Positions 18,874 through 29,219 are shown, numbered from the stretch's first letter. The stretch is 64,000 nt of DNA from an uncultured Phycisphaerae bacterium (GCA_938005315.1 CALLOB010000014.1:3705-67704); one strand, 5' to 3'. The notes: generated from the sequence alone by a model not told the origin. Program-made: numbers and translations.

Positions 18874-21320
18874 CGTCTTGCGGACCGCTGGCGGTCTCGG
18901 TAACCCTGGAGACGCGGCTGGAACTGGCCGGTCTGCCGGAGGGCTGGACGGCGCTGGCTGGCCTGGCGATCCTCGGCCTGCTGACCGCCGCGGTGGTTCT
19001 GCTGTACCGGGCCGAACAACGGGCCGGCTCTTTTGCGGCCGCGCGTCGCCTGCCGGCCGGGCTGCGTTGCCTGGTGCTCTGGCTGCTGGCCCTGGCCTGG
19101 CTGGAGCCGGTGCTGGCGACCTATGTCCGCCGCTCCGTAGATGCCCGCACGATCGTCCTGATCGACCGCTCGGCCAGCATGGGGCTCTGCGACCGCTACG
19201 CCGGTCCCGGCGGCCAGGGGCTCTCCGAGGCCGGACGACGCGTGCGGAGGGCGCTGGACCGGCCGGATCTGCAGCCGACGGAACTGACGCGCCGCGGCAT
19301 CGCCGAGTCGATCCTGTTCGGAGGGGAATCAGGGTTGTTGCGGCGGCTGGCGGAATCCAACACGCCGGTGGTGTTCGATTTCGCCGACGACCTTCTGCCG
19401 CGGAGGCCTGAAGCGCAGGATGCGCGGTCCGCGGAGCCTGCGGCGACGGATCCGGCCGCAGCTTCACGTCCGGCGGACGGTCCGGCCACGGACATCGGTC
19501 AGGCGATTCGGGCCGCGGTGGAGTCGGATCTCTCGACGCCGGTGGCCGCGGTGGTGGTGTTCTCCGACGGACGATTCAATCGCGGCGAGCCCGTCGACGT
19601 GGTGGCCCGCTACGCCCGCGAGAAGCGGATCGGGGTCTGGACCGTGGGCATCGGCGATCCGTCGCCCCCGCGAAACGTCGCCATTGCCGGCGTCGAGGCC
19701 CCCGGCGGGGCGTTCGTGGACGATCCGGTGTCCATCCGGGCCCGCCTGCGGGTCGAGCACGCCGGCGAGGCGACCGTGACCGTCGAACTCGCCGAGCGCA
19801 ATGCCGTGGACGGCACCTGGCGCGTGGTCGCCGAACGACAGGTCGAAACCGGCGCCGACGAGCCGGCTTCGGCGACGTTCCGGCACCGGCTGTCGACCGC
19901 CGGCCCCGTCGAGCTGGCCGTGCGGGCCCGGCCGCTGGAGGGCGAAACCCTTCTTGAGGACAATGCCCGCGAGTTCACCGTCCGCGGCTATGACAACCAG
20001 CTGAGGGTGCTGATCCTCGCGGGTTCGCCCGGCTGGGATTTCCGCTACCTGCTGAGGCTTCTCGAGCGTGATAGGACCGTGAACGTCAGCTGCTGGCTGC
20101 AGTCGGCCGACACGCAGGCGGTGCGCGACGGCGATACGGTGATCGACCGTCTCCCGCGAGGCTGCGAGGAACTCGAGGCCTACGATGCGCTGGTGCTGAT
20201 GGACCCGGACGCCGGCGGCATCGACGAGGCCTGGGCGGCGGACGTCGCCGCCCTGGTCGCCCGATCGGGTCTCGGCCTGCTGTACGCCGCAGGTGTCAAA
20301 CATACGCCTTCCTTCGTCCGCAGTCCGCAGGTCCGGCCGATCCTGGAGGTGCTGCCGGTCGCGGTCGACGCCGGGGAATCCGACCTGCTGCTCAACGAGA
20401 TGGGGCATTTCCAGCCGACCGCCTGGCCGCCGTCGATTCCTCCGCCCGCCGCGGCTCACCCGGTGCTGGCCCTGTCGGACGACGCCCTGGAGTCGCGGCG
20501 GATCTGGTCGTCCCTGCCGGGGGTGTACTGGCACTATCCGGTGCACCGGCTGAAGCCCGCGGCCACGCTGCTGCTGGAGAGCGGGGACCCGCGAACCCGC
20601 GGGCCCCGCGGACCGGCGGTGCTTCTGGCCACGCAGTTCGCCGGCACGGGCCGCACCGGCTTCCTGGCGTTCGACGGCACCTGGCGGTGGCGCCGCCAGA
20701 GCGACCACTGCTTCAACCGCTTCTGGATCCAGCTGCTGAGACACCTTGTCGAAGGTCGCCTGGCGGGGGAAGACCGCCGGGGCATGGTTCGTGCCGAGCG
20801 CGACCGTTATCAGGCGGGCGAAACGGTGGTGATCGAGGCCCGGTTGGCGGACGACTCCGCCGGGCCGGGGGCCCCGGCCGCGCTTCAGGCGGCCGTCGGT
20901 CGGGAGGGCCGTGACCCGATCAGCGTGCCTCTGGCCGCCCAGCCCGGGCGTGAGGGCTGGTACCGCGGTCACTTTCAGGCCGGCGAGGCCGGGCGCTACG
21001 AGATCCGGCTGGAACCGCCGCCGCCGGCGGTCGGCCCACCCCTGCGCGGCGAGGTGCGGGTCGTGAAACCGGACCTCGAGTTCCGCGAGGTATCCCTGGA
21101 CAAGGCCAGCCTGCGGCTGCTGGCCTCGCAGTCGGCCGGCGGGCAGTATCTGGAAGTCGACGAGGCCGGCCGGCTGGCGGACCTGATCCCCGCCCGGCGT
21201 ACTTCCACGGTGGTGCCGGGATCGATCGTTCCGCTGTGGGATCGCTGGTGGGCTCTGGCCCTGATCGTCGGCCTGCTGGGCGTGGAATGGTCGCTGCGCA
21301 AGCGTCTGAACCTGCTCTGA
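18870..21320 (+). CDS. Membrane vWA-domain protein of the Bat-like cluster
   Basis: ATG 18870 overlaps the upstream stop (ATGA). Two TM helices, then TIVLIDRSASMGLCD (MIDAS-like DxSxS). Large C-terminal region. Confidence 0.65.
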   Translation: MTSCGPLAVSVTLETRLELAGLPEGWTALAGLAILGLLTAAVVLLYRAEQRAGSFAAARRLPAGLRCLVLWLLALAWLEPVLATYVRRSVDARTIVLIDRSASMGLCDRYAGPGGQGLSEAGRRVRRALDRPDLQPTELTRRGIAESILFGGESGLLRRLAESNTPVVFDFADDLLPRRPEAQDARSAEPAATDPAAASRPADGPATDIGQAIRAAVESDLSTPVAAVVVFSDGRFNRGEPVDVVARYAREKRIGVWTVGIGDPSPPRNVAIAGVEAPGGAFVDDPVSIRARLRVEHAGEATVTVELAERNAVDGTWRVVAERQVETGADEPASATFRHRLSTAGPVELAVRARPLEGETLLEDNAREFTVRGYDNQLRVLILAGSPGWDFRYLLRLLERDRTVNVSCWLQSADTQAVRDGDTVIDRLPRGCEELEAYDALVLMDPDAGGIDEAWAADVAALVARSGLGLLYAAGVKHTPSFVRSPQVRPILEVLPVAVDAGESDLLLNEMGHFQPTAWPPSIPPPAAAHPVLALSDDALESRRIWSSLPGVYWHYPVHRLKPAATLLLESGDPRTRGPRGPAVLLATQFAGTGRTGFLAFDGTWRWRRQSDHCFNRFWIQLLRHLVEGRLAGEDRRGMVRAERDRYQAGETVVIEARLADDSAGPGAPAALQAAVGREGRDPISVPLAAQPGREGWYRGHFQAGEAGRYEIRLEPPPPAVGPPLRGEVRVVKPDLEFREVSLDKASLRLLASQSAGGQYLEVDEAGRLADLIPARRTSTVVPGSIVPLWDRWWALALIVGLLGVEWSLRKRLNLL

Positions 21321-21352
21321 CGGGAGCGGCGGGAACCCGCCGGCCGGGCAGC

Positions 21353-23539
21353 ATGATGCCGCGAACCGAAGAATCGTCGGCCGCCTTGGTCATCGGCTGC
21401 CTGCGCGGACTGGGCCGGCGCCTGCGGTTCTATGCGCTGCTGGACGGGCTGGCGCTGGTCGCCTGCAGCCTGCTGCTGCTGGCCGGCGCCACCCTTCTGA
21501 TCGATCGCACCTTCCGGCTCGACCGGGACATGCGGGTCGTCCAGCTGATGTCGGTGCTGGCGATCGCCGCCGTGGCGGTCTGGAGGGGCGTGGTCTCCTT
21601 GCCGGTCTGGCGAATCCGGCCGGTGGACTTGGCCGTAGGGGTGGAACGGCGACATCCGCGCCTGCAAAGCCGCCTGGTCACGGCCGTCGAGGCCGGCGAT
21701 ACGTCCCCGGCGCCCCGGCACGCGATTCCCTGCGCTGCACGAGGTTCGCCGGCGATGTTCCGGCAGGTCTGCGACGAGGCCGCGCAGGCCTTGAGCAGCT
21801 TGCGGCTGGGCGATCTGCTGGCCCACGAGCGGGCGGTTCGGAAAGGACTGCTTGTCGTCGGCTGTGTGGGTGCTTGGCTGGTCGCTCAATGGGCCGCCCC
21901 GGCGACCGTTGCGGTCTGGGCGCAGCGCAACCTGCTGCTGCGCGACGTGCCCTGGCCGACGCGCAACCGCCTGGTGGTCGAGAACCTCGTCGACGGCCGC
22001 CTGATCGCGGCCCGGGACGACGACCTGACGATCACGGCGGCGGTGGACCACGGCCAGGAGCCGCCGCGGCAGGCGTTCATCGAGTATCGACCCGAGGGGG
22101 GGACGATCCGCCGGGCCCAGATGCCGGCCATCGGGCGAGAGCGGCTGCGTTTCGCCCACACGTTCGAGCGGCTTGCCGGCGACCTGTCGTTCCGTGTCGT
22201 CGGGGGCGACGCGGTCACGGAATGGTTTACGGTTCAGGTAGTGGATCGCCCGTCGCCCGCATCGCTGGGCGTGCGCATCCTTCCGCCGGCGTATACTGGT
22301 CAGGAGCCCTACGAACTCCGCGAAGGCCAGACGGTGGCGGAGGTCCTGCGGGGCAGCAGCGTGGAGTTTGCATTCACCTGCGCCCGGCCGCTGAGCCTGG
22401 CGCGACTGGCCTGCCGGGAGGCATTATCCGGCGAGGTCCGGACGCTTGACGCCGGTCTGGAGGAGGGCGCATACCGGGTGCGGGACCGGCCGATGGTCGA
22501 AACCGCCTACGAGGTGATCCTGCGCGACACCCACGGCCTGGAAAACTCCGGCCCGCGGGCCGGCCCGCCGCGGCTGTTGATCAGGCCGGTGCCGGATGAG
22601 CCTCCCGAGGCCCGGCTTCGCCTGCGCGGGGCCGGCGAACTGATCACCCCGGCGGCCGTGCTGCCGCTGGAGCTCTTTTTCAGCGACCGCCACGGGCTGG
22701 GATCGGCGGCGGTGGCTTTCGCCGCGGTTCGTGATGGGCGGGAAGACCCGTTCGTGACCGAGCCTCTCGCGGATGTGGCGGCCGGAACGCGGTCGCTGGG
22801 CCGGACGCTGGAGTGGCGCGTCGATGCCCATGGGTTGGTGCCCGGCGACCGCCTGCGGCTCAAGGCGGTGGCCACGGACCTGGATGATGTCGCCGGGCCC
22901 AACACCGGCGAGTCGCCGGTGGTCACACTGCGCGTGGCGACCCGCGAGGAGGTGCTGGCCGCCCTGGGCCGCCGTCAGGCCGAGCACCGCCACGACCTCG
23001 AGCGGCTGCTGCGTGCCCAGGAGAACCTGTACAACGAGCTTCTCAGGGAATTCGCCGCCTCCGCGCCGCCGGACGACGGCGCCGTGCAGGCCCTGGTCCG
23101 CCGTCAGCGCGACGCCGCCCGCCGGGTGGAGGTCCTGCGGCAGCAGTTCGAACAGGTGCTCGCCGAGTTCCGGGTCAACCGCCTGGACGTGCCGGAGACT
23201 GAGCGCCGGTTGGGCACCGGCGTGGTCGAGCCCCTGGCGCGGCTCGCCAGGCAGACCATGCCCCAGGCCGCGGACGACATCCGGCGGTGGCCTGGCGATG
23301 CCGGGGCGGACCGCGACGTCCGACGGTCGCAGGAGCGTGTGCTGGAGGAACTCAAGGCCGTGCTGGCCGGTCTGGTAGACTGGGAGAGCTACAATGAGGC
23401 CGTGATCCTGCTGCGCGACGTGCTGCGCATGCAGGAAGAACTCAAGGCCGATGTCGAACGCCGGATCCGCACCGACATCCTCGGGCTCGATGCGGCCGAT
23501 GCTCCGGCCCGCGGCCCGTCGGGGCCGGAAACACCATGA
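21353..23539 (+). CDS. Membrane protein of the Bat-like cluster (DUF4175-like pattern)
   Basis: ATG 21353. LRFYALLDGLALVACSLLLLAGATLLIDRTFRLDRDMRVVQLMSVLAIAAV...VERRHPRLQSRLVTAVE resembles the conserved membrane protein that follows vWA genes in such clusters (recall). Confidence 0.55.
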   Translation: MMPRTEESSAALVIGCLRGLGRRLRFYALLDGLALVACSLLLLAGATLLIDRTFRLDRDMRVVQLMSVLAIAAVAVWRGVVSLPVWRIRPVDLAVGVERRHPRLQSRLVTAVEAGDTSPAPRHAIPCAARGSPAMFRQVCDEAAQALSSLRLGDLLAHERAVRKGLLVVGCVGAWLVAQWAAPATVAVWAQRNLLLRDVPWPTRNRLVVENLVDGRLIAARDDDLTITAAVDHGQEPPRQAFIEYRPEGGTIRRAQMPAIGRERLRFAHTFERLAGDLSFRVVGGDAVTEWFTVQVVDRPSPASLGVRILPPAYTGQEPYELREGQTVAEVLRGSSVEFAFTCARPLSLARLACREALSGEVRTLDAGLEEGAYRVRDRPMVETAYEVILRDTHGLENSGPRAGPPRLLIRPVPDEPPEARLRLRGAGELITPAAVLPLELFFSDRHGLGSAAVAFAAVRDGREDPFVTEPLADVAAGTRSLGRTLEWRVDAHGLVPGDRLRLKAVATDLDDVAGPNTGESPVVTLRVATREEVLAALGRRQAEHRHDLERLLRAQENLYNELLREFAASAPPDDGAVQALVRRQRDAARRVEVLRQQFEQVLAEFRVNRLDVPETERRLGTGVVEPLARLARQTMPQAADDIRRWPGDAGADRDVRRSQERVLEELKAVLAGLVDWESYNEAVILLRDVLRMQEELKADVERRIRTDILGLDAADAPARGPSGPETP

Positions 23540-25011
23540 CGCATCCCTGCGGATATACGCGCGGCTCTTTACCCGTCCCGTCGCCGGGAGCCCGGTCCGT
23601 GGCGGCGGCGGTACTGTTGCTTGCCGGGATTGCGGCGACCGCGCGGGCCGACGGGGCGACCCCGGCAGGCGAAGCCGACGCCCTGGCCGCCCGGCAGGTC
23701 CTGGTCCGCGAACGCCTGAACCAGCTGGAGGACCGCCTCTTCCGCCTCGCCCGTCGCGAGTCCGGTGTCGATCCCGATCAGCGCCGGCGGCTGGAAGATG
23801 CTCTGCGACGCTCGCGGGAACTGCTGATCCGCCGGGTCATGGACCAGGCGGCACAGGCCCTGCAGCAGGCTGACCTCAGTGTTGCCGTAGACCGCCAGGA
23901 AGAGGCCGCCAGAGCCGTGGAGCTCGTACTCCAGCTGCTACTGAGCGAACCCGACCCGGCAGCCGAACGTCAGGCCGAGCGCCGACGCCTGGCCGAGAGG
24001 CTTCAGCAGGTCCAGGCCTTGCTGGCCCGCCAGCGTGAGCTGACGCAGCGTACGCGCGAGCAGGCCTCCGGATCGCCGACGGCCTCGGCGCCGGACCGCA
24101 CCGGTCTGGCCGACGCGCAGCGACAACTGCAGCGTTCGACCGAAGCCTTGGCCGTGGCCGGGACCTCCGATTGGCCGTCCCACGCTCCCGCATCGCCCGA
24201 CGCCGCGCCGGCCGGCGACGAACTGAAACAGGCCGCCGACCACATGGCCGACGCCACCGGAAAGCTGGAACGAGCCTCGCCTGCCGAAGCCTTGGACCCG
24301 CAGCAGCGCGCCGCCCGGGCCCTGGAGCAGGCCGCAGACCGGCTCCGGGGGATGCTCGAGGCGGCTGACCAGGAGTTGAGCGAGCTGCTCCGCAAGGCCA
24401 TCCTGCAGCGGCTCCGCGCCATGGCCGACCGCCAGGCGGAAATCAACGCCGCCACCGCGAGAATGGATCGCTCCGCGACTGAGAACGGCCATCGGCCCGA
24501 CGGGCAGAGCTTGGCTGAACTGGCCGGCAACCAGGACAGGCTCGCCGGCGAGGCCGGGGCGTTGCTGGACATGCTGGCCGACCGGGACGACGTGGTGGCC
24601 CTGCCGCTGGTGCTCGACACCGTGCGGACGGACATGGCCGCCTCCGCCGTTCGCCTGAAACGCGCCGAGCTGGGCCGGTCCACACTGAACCTGCAACAGC
24701 GTATCCTGGAGAACCTGCGAAACTGCCTGGAAAGCCTCGAGATGTCGGCCGCCGTCGCCGACGAAAACCGGTCCGACCGGCAACCGGCCGGCGATTCGCA
24801 GGGCGGATCGTCGGGCCTGCTGCCCGCCGCGGCCGAACTGAAGCTTCTGCGGGCGGCGCAGATGCAGCTGCTGACGCTGACCGCCGGTCTTGACGAGGCT
24901 GCGGACCTCTCCGCCGAGGCCCGCGGCGAAGCGATCAGGGATGCCTCCGATCGCCAGTCGCGTCTGGCCGAGGCGACGCGGCGGTTGGCCGGAATTCTGG
25001 AGGGCCCGTGA
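23536..25011 (+). CDS. Secreted coiled-coil protein
   Basis: ATGA overlap with the upstream gene. Signal peptide SVAAAVLLLAGIAATARADG, then long A/E/L/Q/R-rich helical sequence. Confidence 0.55.
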   Translation: MTHPCGYTRGSLPVPSPGARSVAAAVLLLAGIAATARADGATPAGEADALAARQVLVRERLNQLEDRLFRLARRESGVDPDQRRRLEDALRRSRELLIRRVMDQAAQALQQADLSVAVDRQEEAARAVELVLQLLLSEPDPAAERQAERRRLAERLQQVQALLARQRELTQRTREQASGSPTASAPDRTGLADAQRQLQRSTEALAVAGTSDWPSHAPASPDAAPAGDELKQAADHMADATGKLERASPAEALDPQQRAARALEQAADRLRGMLEAADQELSELLRKAILQRLRAMADRQAEINAATARMDRSATENGHRPDGQSLAELAGNQDRLAGEAGALLDMLADRDDVVALPLVLDTVRTDMAASAVRLKRAELGRSTLNLQQRILENLRNCLESLEMSAAVADENRSDRQPAGDSQGGSSGLLPAAAELKLLRAAQMQLLTLTAGLDEAADLSAEARGEAIRDASDRQSRLAEATRRLAGILEGP

Positions 25012-25661
25012 GTCCTGATGCACCGTTCATTGCGAAGGGACCGGGGCGTGGTCCGCATGCCGCCGCCCTCGTTCGACCGCGCCTCATGGCCGGCGGCGCC
25101 GCGACAGTCGTTCTTCTCGCGGCCTGTGCGGCCGCGGCCGCCGATCCGTCCGCTGCTACCCGCGATGCGCAGGAGTTGCTGACCGGGGCGGTACGGCAGG
25201 CCATGCGGCGGCCATCGACCGCCCTGATCGAGGTCGCGGACCTCATGGCCGAGGCCGGGCGCGGGCTGGGAGCCGGGCAGACGGGGGTTTCGACCCGCCA
25301 GAGACAGCAACGCGCCGTGGAGATGCTCGACGCCCTGATTCGGAAGGCCGAGCAGCAGCAGGGCGACCGGCCTCAGCCCGGCGCCTGCCCGCAGTGTCGG
25401 GGCCGGGGCTGCCCGGCGTGTTCGGCGGGCCGGGTCCAGGCATCCGGTCGGCCGCAGGGTCCGGCGCAGTCTTCCGGCGCGGTGCAGGGCACCGCCCAGG
25501 CCGGTCGGTTGCGCGACGCCGCTGATGCCCGGCCCGGCGAGATGTGGGGCCGCATGCGTCCGGAGGAACGCGACCGCATCCTGCAGTCGCTCAACCAGGC
25601 CTTTCCCGGTCGTTACCGCTCGCTGGTGGAACAGTACTATCGCCGGCTGGCCACGGAGTGA
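25008..25661 (+). CDS. Exported protein of the Bat-like cluster with a conserved C-terminal tail
   Basis: GTGA overlap start (alternative ATG 25086 gives MAGGAATVVLLAACAAAAADP). Tail PEERDRILQSLNQAFPGRYRSLVEQYYRRLATE is typical of this cluster position (recall). Contains CPQCRGRGCPAC. Confidence 0.55.
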   Translation: MSPDAPFIAKGPGRGPHAAALVRPRLMAGGAATVVLLAACAAAAADPSAATRDAQELLTGAVRQAMRRPSTALIEVADLMAEAGRGLGAGQTGVSTRQRQQRAVEMLDALIRKAEQQQGDRPQPGACPQCRGRGCPACSAGRVQASGRPQGPAQSSGAVQGTAQAGRLRDAADARPGEMWGRMRPEERDRILQSLNQAFPGRYRSLVEQYYRRLATE

Positions 25662-25667
25662 GGTTGC

Positions 25668-26924
25668 ATGAGCAGACCCTGCATCAGAGGTTCTTCGATG
25701 CGTCGAGGGGGGCTCATCGCAGCCGGTCTGCTGCTGGGCCTGTGCCCGGCCGCTCACGCGGCGGCGGTGGAGGCCGAGTTGATCGACGGCACCGGCGTCC
25801 GCGGCACCTTCGCTGGGGTGCGGGCCGGAGGCGACGCGGTGCACGTTCGCGTGACCGGCGAGGAGGGGGATCGCCTCCTGCCTTCGGACGAGCTGCTGCT
25901 GTTGCGGTTCACGGCGTCGGCATCCGCCACGGCCCCGGATGCCGGCTCGATCGGCCGAGACCCTCCCGAAGGTTTCGTGACCGTATGGCTCGACGATGGC
26001 GGCCGTCTTGAAGGACGGATGGTCGATGCGCCCGGGCCCGGCCTGGTGGTGGATTCGACCGCCGGACGTTTCGAGCTGCATCGCGAAGATCTCGCTGCCG
26101 TGCGGTTCGGTGATCCGCGGGCAGAGGTCGCCCGGCAGGCTCTGGAGGAGGCGCTGCGTCGGCGCGACGCGGGCGAGGATGTCGTACTGCTTTTCCAGGA
26201 CGGCCGGGTCAGCACGCTCAAGGGCACGGTCCAGACCCTTGCCGCCGGCGGCGGTGAGTTCACCTGGCGCGGGCAGACCGCGCCGCTCCGCCCGGAACGT
26301 ACCTACGCCGTGGTCTTCGCGGCCCGGTCGTCGCCCATGCCTGCGCCGCCGGTCCGCTGCATGCTGATCGACGGCTCGGTGCTCGCCGGACGGCTGGTCG
26401 GGGGCGATCAGCAGGCCTTGGAGCTGGAGGTCCACGGATCGCGGCACAGGCTCGAGCCGGCCCGGCTGTCCCGGATCGCCTTCGCCTCCGCCCGGGTGAC
26501 CTGGCTGAGCGATCTGGAACCGGTCGCCTACCGGTTCGAGCCGATGGGCGGGGCTCGATGGCCCTACCGCCGCGACCGCTCGACGGCCAACCGGCCGATC
26601 CGCATCGGCCAGGCTTCCTTCGACCGCGGCATCGGCATGCACGCCTCGGCGAGCCTCGACTATGCCCTGGCTGGATCCTATCGACTGCTGGTCGCGGTGA
26701 TCGGCATCGACGCCGCGGCCGCGCCCCGCGGGAACGCGGTCTTCCGCGTGCTGGTCGACGGGCAGGAGCGTTTCAGTAGCGGCCCGGTCACCGGCCGGGA
26801 CCCCCCGCGGACGATCCGCGTTCCGATCGAGGGGGCCAGCGCCCTGACTTTGCGCGTCGATGCCGGGGAGGAACTGGACATCGGCGACCAGGCCGACTGG
26901 GCCGCCGCCCGGCTGGTGCGGTAA
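25668..26924 (+). CDS. Exported NPCBM (NEW2) domain protein
   Basis: Signal peptide GLIAAGLLLGLCPAAHAAA. C-terminal FDRGIGMHASASLDYALAGSYRLLVAVIGIDAAAAPRGNAVFRVLVDGQERFSSG...LTLRVDAGEELDIGDQADWAAARLV is the NPCBM pattern. Confidence 0.7.
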   Translation: MSRPCIRGSSMRRGGLIAAGLLLGLCPAAHAAAVEAELIDGTGVRGTFAGVRAGGDAVHVRVTGEEGDRLLPSDELLLLRFTASASATAPDAGSIGRDPPEGFVTVWLDDGGRLEGRMVDAPGPGLVVDSTAGRFELHREDLAAVRFGDPRAEVARQALEEALRRRDAGEDVVLLFQDGRVSTLKGTVQTLAAGGGEFTWRGQTAPLRPERTYAVVFAARSSPMPAPPVRCMLIDGSVLAGRLVGGDQQALELEVHGSRHRLEPARLSRIAFASARVTWLSDLEPVAYRFEPMGGARWPYRRDRSTANRPIRIGQASFDRGIGMHASASLDYALAGSYRLLVAVIGIDAAAAPRGNAVFRVLVDGQERFSSGPVTGRDPPRTIRVPIEGASALTLRVDAGEELDIGDQADWAAARLVR

Positions 26925-27010
26925 AGCGATGCTCGAGGCGGCAGGCCGGGGCCGCCGATCGATGATATGATCACGGCCTGGCGGTCCGGCGCGCCGGCCG
27001 GGCCCGCCCC

Positions 27011-27742
27011 ATGGGCGAGGATCGGGGCTTGTACCTGGATTTCGAGATCACCCCCCAGCCCGACGACACCGCCTGCGGCCCGTCGTGCCTGCATGCGGTT
27101 TATCGGTTTTTCGGCGATCCCATCGACGTCAGGCAGGTCATCCGCGAGATCCCTCAGTTGGAGGGCGGCGGAACCCTGGCGTCCTTTCTCGGCCTGCACG
27201 CCCTGCGGAGAGGGTATGACACGACCATTTATACCTGCAATCTGCAGCTTTTCGACCCGACCTGGTTCGCGCCGGACGGCCCGCCGATCCGCGAGCGCCT
27301 CCTCGCCCAGATGCGGGCCAAGAGCGATCCCAAGCTCCACCAGGCTTCGCGGGCCTACCTGGAGTTCCTCGAACTCGGCGGGCATCTGCACATGGAGGAC
27401 ATCACCGCCGAACTGATGGGCGGCATCCTGCAGCAGGGTCTGCCGCTGATTACCGGCCTGAGCGCCACATGGCTCTACGCCGCCTGCCGCGAGCGTCCCG
27501 GCGATTGCCAGCCCGACGACGCGGCCGGCGAGCCGGTGGGGCACTTCGTCGTCGTACACGGCCTGGACCCCGTCACGCGGCGGGCGAGCCTGGCCGACCC
27601 CTATCTGCACATGCCCTATCCGGCCAGCCATCATTACGAGGTGCATGTGGATCGCCTGGTCGGGGCCATCGCCCTGGGCATCGTCACCTACGACGCCAAG
27701 CTCATCGTCATCCGGCCGGGCGCGAACCGGCGAGGCCGCTGA
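27011..27742 (+). CDS. Papain-like (C39-like) cysteine peptidase associated with the RimK-type ligase
   Basis: Catalytic-type Cys context QPDDTACGPSCLHAVYRFFG and His context PVGHFVVVHGLD. Stop lies 1 nt before the next gene start. Confidence 0.6.
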   Translation: MGEDRGLYLDFEITPQPDDTACGPSCLHAVYRFFGDPIDVRQVIREIPQLEGGGTLASFLGLHALRRGYDTTIYTCNLQLFDPTWFAPDGPPIRERLLAQMRAKSDPKLHQASRAYLEFLELGGHLHMEDITAELMGGILQQGLPLITGLSATWLYAACRERPGDCQPDDAAGEPVGHFVVVHGLDPVTRRASLADPYLHMPYPASHHYEVHVDRLVGAIALGIVTYDAKLIVIRPGANRRGR

Positions 27743-27743
27743 C

Positions 27744-29219
27744 ATGCCCATCCTGATGGTCTTCAACGACCCTGACGACTGGCCGCTCTCCGTCCCCGGC
27801 GTGCAGGTGGTCTCGGCCCGGCGCTATCTGACCGACCCGGCGTTCCACCGTCTGGCGAACACGCGGCTGTTCAATCTCTGCAACTCCTACAGCTACCAGA
27901 GCCGCGGCTACTACGTCTCGCTGCTGGCCGAAGCGCGCGGGCACCGTCCCCAGCCCGACGTGGTCACCATCCAGGACATGAAGTCCTCCGCCCTGGTGCG
28001 GGCCATCGCCGAGGACCTCGACGAGCTCATTCAGAAGACCCTCCGGCCGGTGCACCCGGATCACTTCACGCTGAGCATCTACTTCGGCCGCACGCTGGCC
28101 AGGCGCGACCAGCTCCTGGGACGCCGCCTGTTCGGCCGGTTCCGCACGCCGCTGCTGCGGGCCCAGTTCGACCGGCGGCACGACCGCTGGCACCTGCGCG
28201 GCGTCCGGCCGATTCCGGCCAGCGAGATTCCCGACAACCACCGTCCATTCGTCATCGAGGCCGCGGCCGAGTACTTCGCCCGACGGCAGCGGCCCGGCAA
28301 CACGGCCTCGCCCCCGCGGTATTACCTGGCCATCCTGCACGACCCCGAGGAGCGCGACCCGCCGTCGGATGCGGCGGCCCTCAAGCGCTTCATCCGTGCC
28401 GCGGACCGCCTGGGCTTCGGCTCCGAGCTGATCATCCGCGACGACTACGAGCGGCTCGCCGAGTTCGACGCCCTCTTCATCCGCACCACGACCTTCGTCA
28501 ACAACTACACCTACCGCTTCGCCCGCCGCGCGGTCGCCGAGGGCATGGCGGTCATCGACGATCCCCTGTCCATCGCCCGCTGCACGAACAAGGTTTACCT
28601 GGCCGAGCTGCTCACCCTGCACCAGGTACCCGTGCCGCGCACCATCATCGTGCAGCGCGACAACGCCGACGAGGTCATCGACCGGCTGGGCCTGCCGCTG
28701 GTGCTCAAGCAGCCCGACAGCGCGTTTTCGCAGGGCGTGGTGAAGGTCGCCGACCACCATGCCTACCGCAACGCCATCGACGCCCTGCTGGACCGGTCCG
28801 AGGCCGTGGTCGCCCAGGAGTACATCCCCACCAGCTTCGACTGGCGCGTCGGGCTGATCGACGGCGAGCCGCTGTACGCGTGCAAGTACCACATGGCCCG
28901 CGACCACTGGCAGATCGTCAATCAGCAGGCCGACGGCCGCCACCGCTACGGCAAGACCGAGGCCGTGCCGCTGGAGGAGGCCCCCAAGCGCGTCATCGCC
29001 ACCGCCGTCCGGGCCGCCCGGCACATCGGCGACGGGCTCTACGGCGTGGATCTCAAGCTCGTCGGCGACGCCGCCTATGTCATGGAAGTCAACGACAACC
29101 CCAACATCGACGCCGGATGCGAGGACGCGGTGCTCAAGGACGAGCTCTATGAGCGGATCATCGGCTCGTTCATCCGCCGCATCGAGCGTCTCCGCGAGGG
29201 AGCTGCGCCAGGTGCCTGA
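27744..29219 (+). CDS. RimK-type ATP-grasp ligase with RLAN-type N-terminal domain
   Basis: N-terminal domain NLCNSYSYQSRGYYVSLLAEARGHRPQP (RimK-like ATP-grasp N-terminal pattern). ATP-grasp core KVYLAELLTLHQVPVPRT, LPLVLKQPDSAFSQGV, VVAQEYIPTSFDWRV, GVDLKLVGDAAYVMEVNDNP. Confidence 0.8.
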   Translation: MPILMVFNDPDDWPLSVPGVQVVSARRYLTDPAFHRLANTRLFNLCNSYSYQSRGYYVSLLAEARGHRPQPDVVTIQDMKSSALVRAIAEDLDELIQKTLRPVHPDHFTLSIYFGRTLARRDQLLGRRLFGRFRTPLLRAQFDRRHDRWHLRGVRPIPASEIPDNHRPFVIEAAAEYFARRQRPGNTASPPRYYLAILHDPEERDPPSDAAALKRFIRAADRLGFGSELIIRDDYERLAEFDALFIRTTTFVNNYTYRFARRAVAEGMAVIDDPLSIARCTNKVYLAELLTLHQVPVPRTIIVQRDNADEVIDRLGLPLVLKQPDSAFSQGVVKVADHHAYRNAIDALLDRSEAVVAQEYIPTSFDWRVGLIDGEPLYACKYHMARDHWQIVNQQADGRHRYGKTEAVPLEEAPKRVIATAVRAARHIGDGLYGVDLKLVGDAAYVMEVNDNPNIDAGCEDAVLKDELYERIIGSFIRRIERLREGAAPGA

